A stretch of 64,000 nucleotides of DNA from Octopus vulgaris (GCA_951406725.2 OX597832.1:68200001-68264000), one strand, 5' to 3'. Positions 12,414-27,736 are shown, numbered from the stretch's first letter. Notes: a model not told the origin generated them from the letters alone. Numbers and translations are program-made.

Positions 12414-13716
12414 GATGGACGGACAGACGACTGGTTGTATGGATAGAAATGTCTGATTTTTTGATGTCAAGTTCTAAATAAAAACAATTTAACATTAAAC
12501 TGAGAATTACTCCATACTTTTTGTTAGGGACCATAAAGTTTCACAAGGAAAAGTTCGAGTGAGCCTTCGAATATTGGCTAACTCACCTTCATGAGGCTAT
12601 TTTTATTTATGCAGAGACACGGGCATACTTGTATGCATACACAGACATGTGTGTATTTGTGTGTGCGCGCGTGTATTTTCCGCTTCATTCCTGTTAGTTT
12701 GCTCTGTTACAGTCAATTTTTATTTTCATATTTCCCCATTATTTTACTTATTTATAAACAAACATATTCATTAATAATTGTTTGTTTGTATTTTAATAAT
12801 GTTTCAAAATTATTTTTTAACCTAATTTCACAGTGAACTCTCTATTACCGACCTGTTGTAAACTACAACGCATCAAGACAGTCATACAACATCGGCTATC
12901 TTTATAAACTTAACCAGATAATATGATTGAATTTACTACGGTCATAGGAATGCGGTGTGTGAGGAGGGAGAAAAAAAACAATCCCAGCTTCGCTTCTTTT
13001 GATAGAAATACAAATAAACATATTCAATAAAGAACCTTTTCACCGGATGTCATATTATATCCAGAGGAAATCGTATGAAATGATATTAGACTGGTTATTC
13101 TTTGTTCAATGAATAAAATTTCTGGATATGAAACAAATATGAAACGAATGAAAATCAATTTTGCACAGGGTTTCGTATGTTATGAATTTATATAATGAAC
13201 TACAATTTCGTCCTTTATAAAAACGTTTCTTCTTTTTAAAGTTATATTGTACGCATTGTTATATATGAATGTCCAACAGACATCGTGTTTCCTATAACTT
13301 ATCTCTACTAATACTGCTGCCACTACGACGACGGCGACCTCTGCAGTCTGTTATCAACTCACATGCATACTTTCTTCATAAAAGGCTGATCCGTCACCGC
13401 TACCAACCCATCTCTTGTCCTCCCACTGTCCACATCTCCGACTTTCGCACAATCAAGTCTTGTATGAACTGTGAACCAATTAATTTACTTCATTTGTCCG
13501 TGTAGTTATAATAAAAAAACTGGGCCATGAGAAGGAGTAAATTCATTTCACAACCACACCGTTCCAGGTTCAGTTTCATTACATGACTCGCAGTTTCACG
13601 TGGCTGGGCCAGCGTCTTCTAATATAGCACCAGTCAAACCATTTCCACGCGTGTGTGCATGTGTGGTGGGGGATGGTGGGAGGGCGAATTATCATCGCTG
13701 AAATTGAAATATTATT

Positions 13717-14118
13717 ATGTGGAATTGATTTCGAAAAGAAATGCCAGGTATATATTCGCATTATAACTGTAACTAAACACAAACCGTCAATTGGTTGGTC
13801 TGCCTGCGAGAAATAGAAGCTACAATTACACACAAGTTAAGTGAGAGGAAAAGGGAAGGACACTGGATATTATAATCAGGAATGAAACGTGTCTAAATAT
13901 AATACAGGTAGTGGATTCTGTGGGGCAGCGTTTCAGAAAAGAAGTACCAGGAAATTAGTTCGGTAAGAACAGCAATAAATAAAAATGTGTCATTATGGGG
14001 ATGGTCTGCTTGTGTGAAATAAGAGCCACAATTTACACGAAACATATGCCAACTCTTGAAAACAAGAAAAATGCATGACAGTATATGTATTATAATCAGG
14101 AATAAAACATGTCTAATG
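13717..14118. repeat. Diverged tandem duplication, period ~200-220 bp
   Basis: Collinear shared blocks: TTTC(A)GAAAAGAA.T.CCAGG; TGGTCTGC.TG.G.GAAATA; ACAATT.ACAC; ATTATAATCAGGAAT.AAAC.TGTCTAA. Confidence 0.75.
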
Positions 14119-14254
14119 AGAAGTGAGGTGTGGTTGTGTGGTAACAAGCTCGCTTCCGAACCACGGGGTGCGAACCTTCAGTGAGTATTTTCTACAAGGG
14201 TCGATCAAAGCCTTATGAATAGATTTGTAGAAAGAAACTGAAAGAAGCCTGTCG

Positions 14255-15003
<749 letters not shown>

Positions 15004-15128
15004 ATGGCCACTGGAAGAATGCCTTTCATAATAGGACTCAAGCAGAGAGTACACTTGGGGCTAAACCAACACTATAGCAACTACTACTACTACTACTACT
15101 ACTACGACTACAACTACTGCTGCTGCTG

Positions 15129-15179
<51 letters not shown>

Positions 15180-15924
15180 TTACTACCATTACTGTTGCCA
15201 CTTTTCCTGCATTGACATCCGTTTTCTGTTCTTCGTTCATTCTAAAAAGATTGATGGATGAGTTTTCTCTGGCATGCCACCATTAGTCCCATTGCTCTTC
15301 CATGTTTCATTCAATGGTAATTTAGAATAGTGAGAACAAGGAACCAAAATAAGATATACAGAACTGCTTGAAATTTTACAAGCAGTTTCTTGTTTTGTTC
15401 TGTTCCCGAAGAAATTGTACTCATAAAAATGGCTGACATAATGGAAGATTTGTGAATTTCAGATTTGATGATCAATATTCAGAAAGAGAGACATAAAGAG
15501 AGAGAGTGATGGGAGATAGACAGGGAGGCAGATAGATGGCGGGAAAGGCGGAGAAAAAAAAAAATATATATATATTTGATATAATAAATGCGTAAACTAA
15601 TTTCTGTGTCAGTGTGTCACACTTCGACCCCCTCCCTCACTATTCATTGACACTCCTACTATTTCTCAGGTTGAGGTGAGAGTTAAAGTAGGCATAGAGA
15701 ACGAAGTAGCTTGACGTTTGTGATGGTAACGGGTTGATAGTAGTAGTATAAGCTGTAGTTGTGATAGAAGCGGTGATGATGGTGGAGGGGAAGACGGCGA
15801 AGTCAAATGTATTGATGGTGGTGCTGTCAGAATTCCGAATGGTGTGTCTATGGCAGTTGTGTTGGTGATGTTGGTAGTATACAAATATATATATGCATGC
15901 GCGCGCACACACACACGCACGCAA

Positions 15925-15960
<36 letters not shown>

Positions 15961-16045
15961 GAGATGATTTGGTATGCAGCAAACCCAAAAGGCAGGTATG
16001 GCTAAGTGCTATGGAAGGACCGCTGTGTGAGTGAGCGTGTATGAG

Positions 16046-16086
<41 letters not shown>

Positions 16087-16196
16087 ATATATATTATATG
16101 CAGATAGAAAGGGAGAGGGGGAACAGAGAGACAGAGAGAAGGAGGGTTAAAGAGAGAACAAGAGAAATGTATAGACAGGGAGAGAGACAGGTAAAC

Positions 16197-16319
<123 letters not shown>

Positions 16320-17774
16320 GTAGCCACGCAATTAGAAACAAAACTGTTATAATGATACGGCATAAATGAAATGTTCACTTCTACTGTAGAAGAACAAAAG
16401 GAAATACGATAAAATATTCACAAGTTAGACAGCTTGATCGCTATACTTGCTTTTATTGTTTCCTACGCACTATTCCTTAGAAATGTGATTTTGTAGGATA
16501 TTAAACTCATCATCAGAGAAAAAATATATATATTTCGTTTGCGCTTTAGAGCGGGGGTGGGGCAACTTGTATGCAATCTTTCTACATGGCGGAAATATCT
16601 GCCATTTTTGTTTTTTCTTCCATAGATCACATAAACTTTTCTGGAATAGGGGGCAAAAGATATCACAATGCAGTGATGGGTCACAATCTAATTCAGATAT
16701 GAAAGGTTTTGATCGTTGGTGTCCTGAATGAGATGTCACCAACGTTTAAGGAACAATAACAATGAAACAAACAACAAACAACAAGAACACCAAAATAACC
16801 ACTACAACATCACCAACAAAGACCAACAACAGGAACAACACCAACAGCATACACAACAAAACAAAAACAATAATGACGATGAGGAAAACATGAACTACAA
16901 CATCATTCTCATGTTTCGTATATCATTTTCCGTTTAAGGGAGTGAAATTAACACTTATTGTAAAAGAAGGACACCCATATACTTTTCAGTGCTCCCACCG
17001 CCTACAGCTGAAGTTATATGCAGCCTGCAGAACATAATTAGCTGTAGATGGTGGTCTCAACAGAGAAACAGCACTCAAAGCAAGCCTCAAATCACACATC
17101 ACTGTCAATAAAGAAACTAAAAGATACAGTAGATAATCAAATGTAATGTCTCTCTTAAAAGATTCTATATTAACAGAACAAACGCTTTTTATTATATATT
17201 TGATCTCTCCAGGCAGCGTCGGAGCAACAACAGCAGCAACGACTTATAATTAGATGGACTTGCGTTTGAGAGATCTCTGTGTCTTTGAACTACCAAATTC
17301 ACATCGGACTCTTTGATTTCTCTTTATTGCCAAAACAATCTACTCTATTAAAACAATAGATTCCTACAATTTATTATATTATATTATACCACATTATGTT
17401 ATATTATATCGCATTACATTATGTGGTGTTATGTTATATACCTATTTACATTTACTATGGAAGGGGAAGCAATCTACCACTTAAAAAGCAACATCGTAAT
17501 TAATGTGGAATGTCATTCCATTATAAATAAACTGATGAGTTCTTCAAAGTAAATGTGTATTCGAAGCACCAGTTTGCGACAGATACGTTTTCTCTCAAAC
17601 CTTGATTGGTCAGATGTCAAGTAGATATTTTTTCTCGTTGCTCATTCGCATCTGTTTTCGTGCCAGTTTGTATCACGTAATGCCTAAGAACCAATTGTAT
17701 CATAGCCTGTTGGCTACTAGTTACTAGCAAACACACACACATACGCGCTCACACATATAGGTTCAAACACACAC

Positions 17775-17850
<76 letters not shown>

Positions 17851-17902
17851 GAATATACATATATCTGTGCGTGTACATGTATGCATATAAGAATATATAC
17901 AC

Positions 17903-17959
<57 letters not shown>

Positions 17960-17960
17960 C

Positions 17961-18069
17961 AGTGTACATTTAAACCCATAAGAGATGGCCATAATCGGAC
18001 ATCTAAACCGCTAGAAGGAGTAGTTAAAAGTCTGATTATGGCCATATCTTATGTATTTAAATGTACACT
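17961..18069. repeat. Fold-back inverted repeat (MITE-like) between TA tracts
   Basis: AGTGTACATTTAAACCCATAAGAGATGGCCATAATCGGAC / GTCTGATTATGGCCATATCTTATGTATTTAAATGTACACT; 40-bp imperfect arms. Confidence 0.85.
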
Positions 18070-19017
18070 ATATATAATGAAACATATATTGACTATTGAC
18101 TAGGTTTTCTACACGCTAGGCCACGGTGGTAAACAAATTTCTAAATAATATTTTACTACCTTGAAATTTATTAATATATATATATATAGAAAGATAGATA
18201 AATAGCTACATACATACATAAACGGCAGTCTGTCTGGTTGCCTGATTGTGTCAAGCTGCTGCCTACACCCGTTAACGATTCTTCATGAAACTTTCCATAC
18301 ATGTTAAACTAATATCCATTTAGTTACTAGGCTCATTGCAATTTAATAAAAATCTATAATCGGACAGTTAGGGCACCTAGAAAGGGTTCAGATATAAATT
18401 ATCGATTTTCCTTTAACGGTCAAGGAGAAATAACCCGTTCATTTTTCTTTATTTTCTCTTTTGCCTACTGGTCATTTTCTCCCTCCATTTATTAGAGAAG
18501 CAATATCATTAGAGTGACCATTTGCCAGTAGTTACATTGTATAAATGGGTGTGCGTTCTACATTACGTGGACTTTCTTACAAGAAATTGTCAGACAAGGT
18601 CAGTGATACTATCAGTCTAACCCCTGTCCTAAGTCAATATATAAATTTAACGATATTTCATGGACCTGCTTAAGATCTTACTTTTAAAACACATTTGTGT
18701 AAAATCTCACCATGGATTATAGAAATATCAAAGTCACAGCTTATTTGCAAATTTTACCATTAACGTACTGTTTCCATGGCAACTATGCAAACCTTTTTCA
18801 AAATATTACATTATATTTGGTATGAATAAAGTTGGGTATGTTTATTTCTTAGTATTTTAACTGTTAGGGTTATTTTCGCACTTTACCCAGAAAACCCCTC
18901 AAACAAGTAAATAGTATTTTCTTCAACAATAAATCCATTCATTTCGGTTAGTGACTTCTTCACAATTAATGTCACTTTAGCTAATTGACAGGTGCTGCAT
19001 GAAAATATTTTCAGATT

Positions 19018-19159
19018 ATGTACATTATTTACATTATTTATATTCGACGGATATTTGTCCTCATCTTGTTTGTTTCGGCTGATATACCCTCCTGCCTTAA
19101 TCAGGTGTCTTCGGGAAATTTCAAATCTGGGTCCTCATTCCTAAGGTATTTTTCGATGC

Positions 19160-19199
<40 letters not shown>

Positions 19200-19277
19200 A
19201 AGCAGGTCACTGCCTAGAATCGAACTCGGAATCTTGGGGTTAGTAGCCCGCGCTCTTAAGCGCTACGCCATATGCCC
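19018..19277 (-). mobile_element. tRNA-headed SINE (family E) with decayed hammerhead core, left copy
   Basis: Minus strand: GGGCATATGGCGTAGCGCTTAAGAGCGCGGGCTACTAACCCCAAGATTCCGAGTTCGATTC, (AAT)n, then GACAC-CTGATTA-A-GGCAG..CAGCC-GAAAC at 19110-19072. Confidence 0.8.
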
Positions 19278-19279
19278 GT

Positions 19280-19343
19280 GGGTTAGTGGTTAAGAGCGCC
19301 GGCTACTAATCCCAAGATTCCGAGTTCGATTCCAGGCAATGAC

Positions 19344-19392
<49 letters not shown>

Positions 19393-19568
19393 TCAAAAAA
19401 TACCTTAGGAATGAGAACCCAGGTTCGAAATTTCTCCAAGGCACCCGATGAAGGCTGGAAGGTATATCAATCGAAACGTGTTAACAAAAACAAGATGCAA
19501 AATATCCGTCAAATGTAAATAATGTAAATGATATACATAATTCCTCATCTCTTAAATATAGAACTGTA
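19280..19568 (+). mobile_element. tRNA-headed SINE (family E) with decayed hammerhead core, right copy
   Basis: TAGTGGTTAAGAGCGCCGGCTACTAATCCCAAGATTCCGAGTTCGATTCC, (AAT)n, then GCAC-CCGATGA-A-GGCTG..CAATC-GAAAC-GTGTT at 19441-19482; inverted homologue of 19018-19277. Confidence 0.8.
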
Positions 19569-20007
19569 TTAAACTTTCCAGAGTTACTTTGAATTTTTAT
19601 TATCTCATATCCGATTTGCCTGTTATTACGTAACATGCTTCACAATTTTTGTATACATACCTTATTGGTATTTCCTCCTAAATTCTATATACTCTGGAAA
19701 CGCATCAAAGACCTTTTCAAGGCTATTTTATTTGAATTGTTACTATCGAGTAACTGATTAACATATTATTACGTAAGCGACTTCAAGATATTGGTATTCA
19801 TAGCTTATTGGGATTTCCTAAAAACAAAATTCTACGTAAAGAGGGTTTCGTATTATCTGTAAATGCACAAAAACCGTTTCAAGGGCTATGTGCTTTTATA
19901 GTTGCTATTGGATTAGTGAAACAATTATGAGAACGGAACGAAGGGATAAGCCCCGTTCTCCCGGGAATTACCGGGTACGTCAGCCAGTGTGTGTGTGTGC
20001 ATGTATG

Positions 20008-20055
<48 letters not shown>

Positions 20056-20060
20056 ATCAT

Positions 20061-20408
20061 CGAAGCCTTGTGAGTGGATTTGGTAGACGAAAACTAAACG
20101 AAGTCTGTTGTATATGTTTGTTTGTGAGAATGTGTGCTTATGTGTGTGTCTGTGTGTATGTATATATGCATTTATGTGTGTGTGCGTCTTCGTGTCTGTA
20201 TTTGTCACCACCACCACCACTATCCTTTGACCACTGATGTCGGTGTCTTTACGTCCCTTTAACTTAACTTCGGCAAAAGAAACGATAGAATAAGTACTAG
20301 AGCAAGTACTAGGTTTACAAAGAATGTCTCGCTTGTCAATTAGAAGAAAATCCTTTAAGGCGGACCTGCAGCATGGCCGTAGTAAAAATGACTGAAACGA
20401 GTAAAAGA
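20061..20408 (+). mobile_element. SINE family A, headless
   Basis: AAGCCTTGTGAGTGGATTTGGTAGACG..CAGCATGGCCG..ATGACTGAAAC. Confidence 0.8.
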
Positions 20409-20409
20409 A

Positions 20410-21371
<962 letters not shown>

Positions 21372-21813
21372 TGCGCGTGCATTTAAATGAGAACGTATGT
21401 TGTAAATTTTTTGAGTGTTATATAGCAACTCAAAAATTAGATATCTTTATACCAAATTATTCAACAACATACTTCAGTTCCGGTTCGTAAATCTTCGATG
21501 CCAATTTATAGCTTGAAGAGAGTTTAACTTGCCTTACACATCATTAATTATACGTTCCTAACGCCACCACCCCTTCGCTCTGCACGTCACCATTCTAGTT
21601 CTGCTATTCGTGCTGGAAAACCTTTATTTCTCATCTGTTATCGTTCTCGCCGCAACTACGTTTCGATCACACTTCCTAATATATCTCGGGAGCCTTTAAC
21701 TGTTTCTTGTGATGTATTGTTTCATTACATACAACTATACCGTGGAGACAACAAGTGTGAAGAATGATTTTGAAACAATATAAAGAATATATCTAAATAT
21801 ATGTATGTGTGTG

Positions 21814-21885
<72 letters not shown>

Positions 21886-22880
21886 TGTATACATACATAT
21901 ATATATATATATATACTTATATGTATATACATATATATATATTATGTATATATGTGTTTATATACACATATGTATATACACACGCATATCTATATATACA
22001 TATATGACTATATATATGTATATGTGTGTATATAATCGTACGTATAAACAAATACACACATACACATATATATTTATAATTATATATATCCATACATATA
22101 TATATTTATATATATAAATGCATGCATATATATATAATATATATATATATATACTACATATGTTATATATAAATGTGTGTATATATAATAAACTTCTACA
22201 CATCATATATGTTTAAAGTATGTAAATACATATATGCATATAAACAGATATCTACTAGATAGTTGTCTATATATCTATATATGTATACAGTTTCTAGTGT
22301 AATATTCAATAACTTTCCAACTCCAATCAGGACAATACATCACTCCAACTTGCTGACTTGGCGAATCAGATACAACTCAGAAAATTAGTCAAAATATTAA
22401 TAGAATAATTACTATATTATTTAATTAATCGAAGTGTCTTTTAAATGAAAAGTCTACTTGAAAATAGTTCTTGAAAACTTAAGTGTTTGCTAGTGAATAA
22501 GTTATCTCTTTTGACGACGCACAGTCGGTGTGTTGTAATATTACTGAAGTTTTTCAAGCCATCTTATTAAGAGATCAAATCGGACAACTTCCTTTTGGTG
22601 TATGCATGTCACTGATCTGTACCACACGTGCTTGAAGTGCTTATGCCTCTCTATTTAGTTAACTCTGCGAATACAGAAACACACACACATATGCATATGT
22701 CTAATGGGGCTGAGGATAATCACGCTTTGAAACCTTAAGTACCACGCTTTTGTTTGTCCACTCACTCGTACGTGTATATATATATATATATATTGGAATT
22801 TACAGAGAAATAAATGACCAAGACAGGTGTGTAGACAACAAGCAGGTGTATTAGTTCAACGCTCAGGAAGGTGAGAAAGT

Positions 22881-22916
22881 CTTTTACGCTTCGAGCCTAC
22901 GCTCTTCAACAGAAAG
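22881..22916 (-). ncRNA. Variant minimal type-I hammerhead ribozyme motif inside a ~195 bp TA-flanked insert (22795-22990)
   Basis: Minus: CTTT-CTGTTGA-A-GAGC-gtag-GCTC-GAAG-CGTA-AAAG. Stems I and II pair perfectly; core has A6U and A15.1G changes. Confidence 0.6.
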
Positions 22917-23014
22917 GAATAAGAGAAAATAAACAGAGAGAATAAAAAAAGAAACCTTTAGTAGCTAGCGGTCAATCATGGTGATTGTCATATATATATA
23001 TGGCTGTGCGGATA

Positions 23015-23176
23015 GGCGCAGGAGTGGCTGAGTGGTAAGTAGCTTGCTAACCAACCACATGGTTCGAGGTTCAGTCCCACTGCGTTGCATCTTGGGCAAG
23101 TGTCTTCTGCTATAACCCCGGGCCGACCAATGCCTTGTGAGTGGATTTGGTAGACGGAAACTGAAAGAAGCCTGTC

Positions 23177-23240
<64 letters not shown>

Positions 23241-23438
23241 ATGTGTGTTTGTCCCCCTAGTATTGCTTGACAACCGATGCTGGTGTGTTTACGTCCCCGT
23301 CACTTAGCGGTTCGGCAAAAGAGACCGATAGAATAAGTACTGGGCTTACACAGAATAAGTCCCGGGGTCGATTTGCTCGACTAAAGGTGCTCCAGCATGG
23401 CCGCAGTCAAATGACTGAAACAAATAAAAGAGTAAGAG
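23015..23438 (+). mobile_element. SINE family A, best-preserved copy
   Basis: GGCGCAGGAGTGGCTGAGTGGTAAG head, GGTTCAGTCCC B-box, CTTGGGCAAGTGTCTT, internal (TA)n(TG)n, tail ending AAAAGAGTAAGAG. Confidence 0.9.
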
Positions 23439-26400
23439 TATATATATATATATATATTTCACTCAGTTGAAATCATTTCGCTTCTACCGAGAAATTTGGG
23501 GAAGAAAATGAGTGTCACAGCCTGTTTGGTGAAGAACTAAAGTGTATTATAGCAGCATTAGTTTACAGAAACGGTAAATATGAATTAATGAGAAAATCCT
23601 TAAACGAAAATATTTGTCAGTTAAGTTCACTCACAAAGTACAGGTCTGCCCGGAGCTCTACTAGAAGACATTTGCCGAGGGTTCTGACGAGCAGTATTGA
23701 ACCCTAAACCATATGGTTGCAAAGTGCACTTCTTAAGCATACAGTCAAGCTTGCAGCTCTTTGGATACAAAGGTAGAAATTGAAATTTCTTTAGTAATGC
23801 AGTTTCGAAATGGAAATATTAGTTCTTATGCCTTCACCACTGGTTAGATTAAGATAGAAATTTCTCATGCTTGAAGATTTTGTTAACTTACATGATCCAG
23901 CCAGCAGAAATGATGCCAAAGCCACCTACTTCCTTTCTAATTTACTACACATAGTTTAGTGTTCCCCAGTTCTTTTACACATAACTTCCCCATTCATTCG
24001 GTTATTCAATATTACTAATTGTTTGTTCAACTGCAGCAAGATGTAAACAGTTCATTCATCTTGTTTCCGAATATGGCAGATGATTAAGAATGTGGCACAA
24101 AAGATACTTCAAATTAAAACTGATTCATCGAGTAAGAACCGATATCGAATGACACAATAATGAAATTCCAACCAGGATTAATAATGTTTTCACATTTTGA
24201 CACAAGTCCAGTAAGTTCGATGGGAGGGTGTTAGTGGATACCATTGACCCCAGTACATTACTGGTAATTCATCTTTATCGGCCCCGGAGGGATAAAAAAG
24301 AAAAGTGACTTTAAACACAGAAGGTGAAGAAATACCGGAAGCAATATCTCTAACATTTTGCTGAAGTCAACAATAACGGATTTGAACTTAGAATATAAGT
24401 TAGAAGAAAGACCACATGGCGTTTTCTCCGAAGCTCTAACGATTCTGCCAACAAAACAGACTAGTTCCTCATCTGTACATTGTCTACAATTTCTGGCCTA
24501 AACGAATTAAAAAAAAAATTAAAAAACAAAACTAATTGAGTAGCTAAACAAAATATCACAAATTTACCAACAAGAATGTAGTTAGCCGTATGTTATTATT
24601 GTGGCTTGTAAACCAACCAGGAATATTTGTGTCATTACAGATAAACAGATCGACATAAAATACAATTCAAATATCGTGTCCAGAAACAATTATAGATAAA
24701 TACGTTTATCTTGTAATATTGATTTTCCGACACAACCTTCGATGACTGACTGAAATGAAGAAATTGTCATACAAGAGTTGCGGGGAATTCATTTAGATTC
24801 AGACAAATTAAGCGAAAAGAAAAACAGCAAAATTTGTCAGTTAGTCAAAAAAATTATATTCATCTTAATTGCAACTTATTTAAAGGGCCAACAAAATTAT
24901 TATTATAATCAACACCAAACACTGGTATGAAATAGTAGAGTCAGGTGCCAAGTCTTTTAATCCAATATGTAAAAGAAGCATATGTTCTCATAAATCATTT
25001 AGCTTGAATCAATTAATCAAATACTGTTGAATACGTGCCAACTGAGAACTTTGATGGATAGAGTCTGTTTGAAAGAGTCTCAGAAAGTTTCCAGTTGTTT
25101 TCTCAATGTTTTTGAAGATATAATGGCAGGAAATGGCTAATAATCTCCTGTCACTGGTCCACTCATTGAGCTTAAATAGATTGCGAGAATCGTTGCCAAT
25201 ATATTTATTGCTCACAAGTTCGTGTCTTGTTTTATGTAACCTGTCCAAGCATCAATTTGATCAGTGAAGTAGTTATAATGCTAAAAGCAATGAATCCAAG
25301 GCTAATATTTGACTAATTTCAAGCCAAATTGTGCAAGAACCAGTTAATAATTTCGGAGAAAACTGTTATAGTTCTCTCTTTTACTGTCTCTCCCTCTTTA
25401 CTAAGAGAGGATCGAATCAGAAAACAGAAATTGTAAGCAAAATTCTCAATTTTATAAGATAATGCCATGTTTCATAAAAGGGGAAACTATCAAGAGAAAA
25501 TGGTCAAGAACAATTCTTTCTCACATGCTCTTTCTTCCAGTCTCTTTCTCTTTATTACATTTTCCTATTCCTCTCTCTCTCTCTCTCTTCTACAGTATCG
25601 TCTCCCTTAATCCGAGCATTTATTTCCAGTTGCAGGTATCTCTTATTGTTCATGTTATTAGCCAGATACGCAAATGTCAACAACATTTGTTGTCGATTCA
25701 ACAATTGAAAAATAAAATTAGCAAAACACCCGAATTTCTCAACTGAGAGAATCAGGTTCGTATTTTGTTGACAACAAAAATTAAACTGATTTTTTCTATA
25801 TTTACATAATTGCGCATACACACATAGATGTATGTTTTCACAAAGGTATATAAATGTATGTGTATGAGTGTGAGTGAGTGTGTGTGTGCGTATGTGTGTG
25901 GCTAATCGCATTTCACCTGTCTATGCTCACTCTGACCAAGAAGACGTTCTGCTGCGGAAATAGTCACAAACACACACACACACACACACACAGATATACA
26001 ATGAGAGAGAGAAAGAGAGAAAGAGAAAGAGGATGAAAGTGAGATACGTTAATAGCGAACAGGAAGTAACATTGACCAATTACAATGCTGGCTTGTTACT
26101 TCGCATATTTTTTGTTGAAAAATGGCCGCCTTAATCGACATCATGACATCATTCGTTCTACAAATTAACTGGAATTTCTTATGTAGTATGTGCATGCGCG
26201 CGTGTGTGTGTGTGAAATTTTTCTTGGCCCTTAAAACAAGCTACGCATCTAGAAAAACTTAACGTAGCAGAGCGTTGTAGCAATATTCGATTATATTTTT
26301 CCTATTTAAACACAATTCTTTCAAAATCAAAAACAAAGAAGTGTGAATCATTTCGTTCTTCGTAATGATTGCAAAATTACTAGCACTTTTCATTGGATCC

Positions 26401-27381
26401 AGCCTGGCGTGCATGAGTGCATGCGAGCGCGCGAGCGTGTGTGTGCATATGTACGTGCGTATGAGGGTACAAAAATATCAGCATAAGTATATATATAAAC
26501 AAATGGAAAGTTAAACACACGAACGCGTGTGTACGCGCACACACACACACACACACGCGCAAACACACACGCACACATATACATATATAGCAAGGAATGT
26601 AACGCACACTTATACATATATAGCAGTGACGAGCTGCTCCCCGGCCGCAAGCTTTGGAATTCAACACGTGATAACAGAGCGATGGCGATCATGATGATCG
26701 TCATCATAATTATGAGACCGATGACGCCGACTAGGATAAACATCATTATAGTATACCTCAGCGACATCGTCATCTTCATCATCACCGCCACCACCATCCT
26801 TATCGTCATCATCAATATCACCACCATCATCAACATCATCATTATCACTGACTTTGCCATTGCTGTCACTTCTATGATGTCCATCATCAATTTTAATTTA
26901 ACACTTGAGCTTTCATGCCAGGAGACATTAGAGGAATCATCTTAACTACGAACTTGCAAAAGTCCCTCTCTCACACATACATACACACGCGCTCGCACAC
27001 GCTTGTTTGCCCCCCCCCCCCACACACACACACACATTCCCTCTCTCTCTCTCTCTCACACACTCTCTTTCTTGCTGTGTTTCTATTTCTCTCTTTCATG
27101 CCAAGACCAACGCCTTCTCACAAAGCCGTTATTAATCGTAGCATGCAAACTCCTGTGATAACACACGCGCCAATGCCTCGCCTTGTTATGATTGCTGCAA
27201 ACGAAAATTATGTAATCCGTCAGTTAAGTTTTATACATGAAACTCCATGATACATAGAATACATCAAAGTATCAGGTGTATATATGTAGTTTTATGGTGG
27301 TATCTTTAGAGAATGTAGCGTTAAATACTTGCTCACCTCTCCACTACAGATTTATATATAAAGGCACATTTACGCATGCAA

Positions 27382-27422
<41 letters not shown>

Positions 27423-27423
<1 letters not shown>

Positions 27424-27736
27424 TCTTTTACTTGATTCAGTCATTTCACTGCAGCCATGCTGGAGCACAGCCTTGCAGGATCTTAGTAGAAGAAATCATA
27501 ATAATAGAACTTATTCTGTCGGTGCTTTTGCCGAACCGATAGGTTATGGGGACGTAAACATACCAACGCCGGGTGTGAAGCGGTGATGGGGAACAAACAC
27601 AGACAAAAAGCCACACGCCCACACACAGAGGTGAGAGGAGAGTAGAATGAGAGAGAGATCGGAGAGAAGAGTAGAAAGGTGAGATGGTGTGAGAGATGGG
27701 AGGCGAGAGATGTGTGCGTGTATGTGTGTGTGTCTG

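Larger units (their letters stand above)
18205..19987 (+). mobile_element. Putative non-autonomous Helitron
   Basis: 5' region ATAAACGGCAGTCTGTCTG..GATTCTTCATGAAACTTT; 3' hairpin CCCGG-gaatta-CCGGG (19960-19975) followed 8 nt later by CCAG|T (canonical end is CTRR|T). That both ends belong to one element is inference. Confidence 0.5.

Noticed and set aside
19206-19343. Functional tRNA genes
   Set aside because: A and B boxes are present but acceptor and anticodon stems pair poorly, and both heads run into a shared SINE body.
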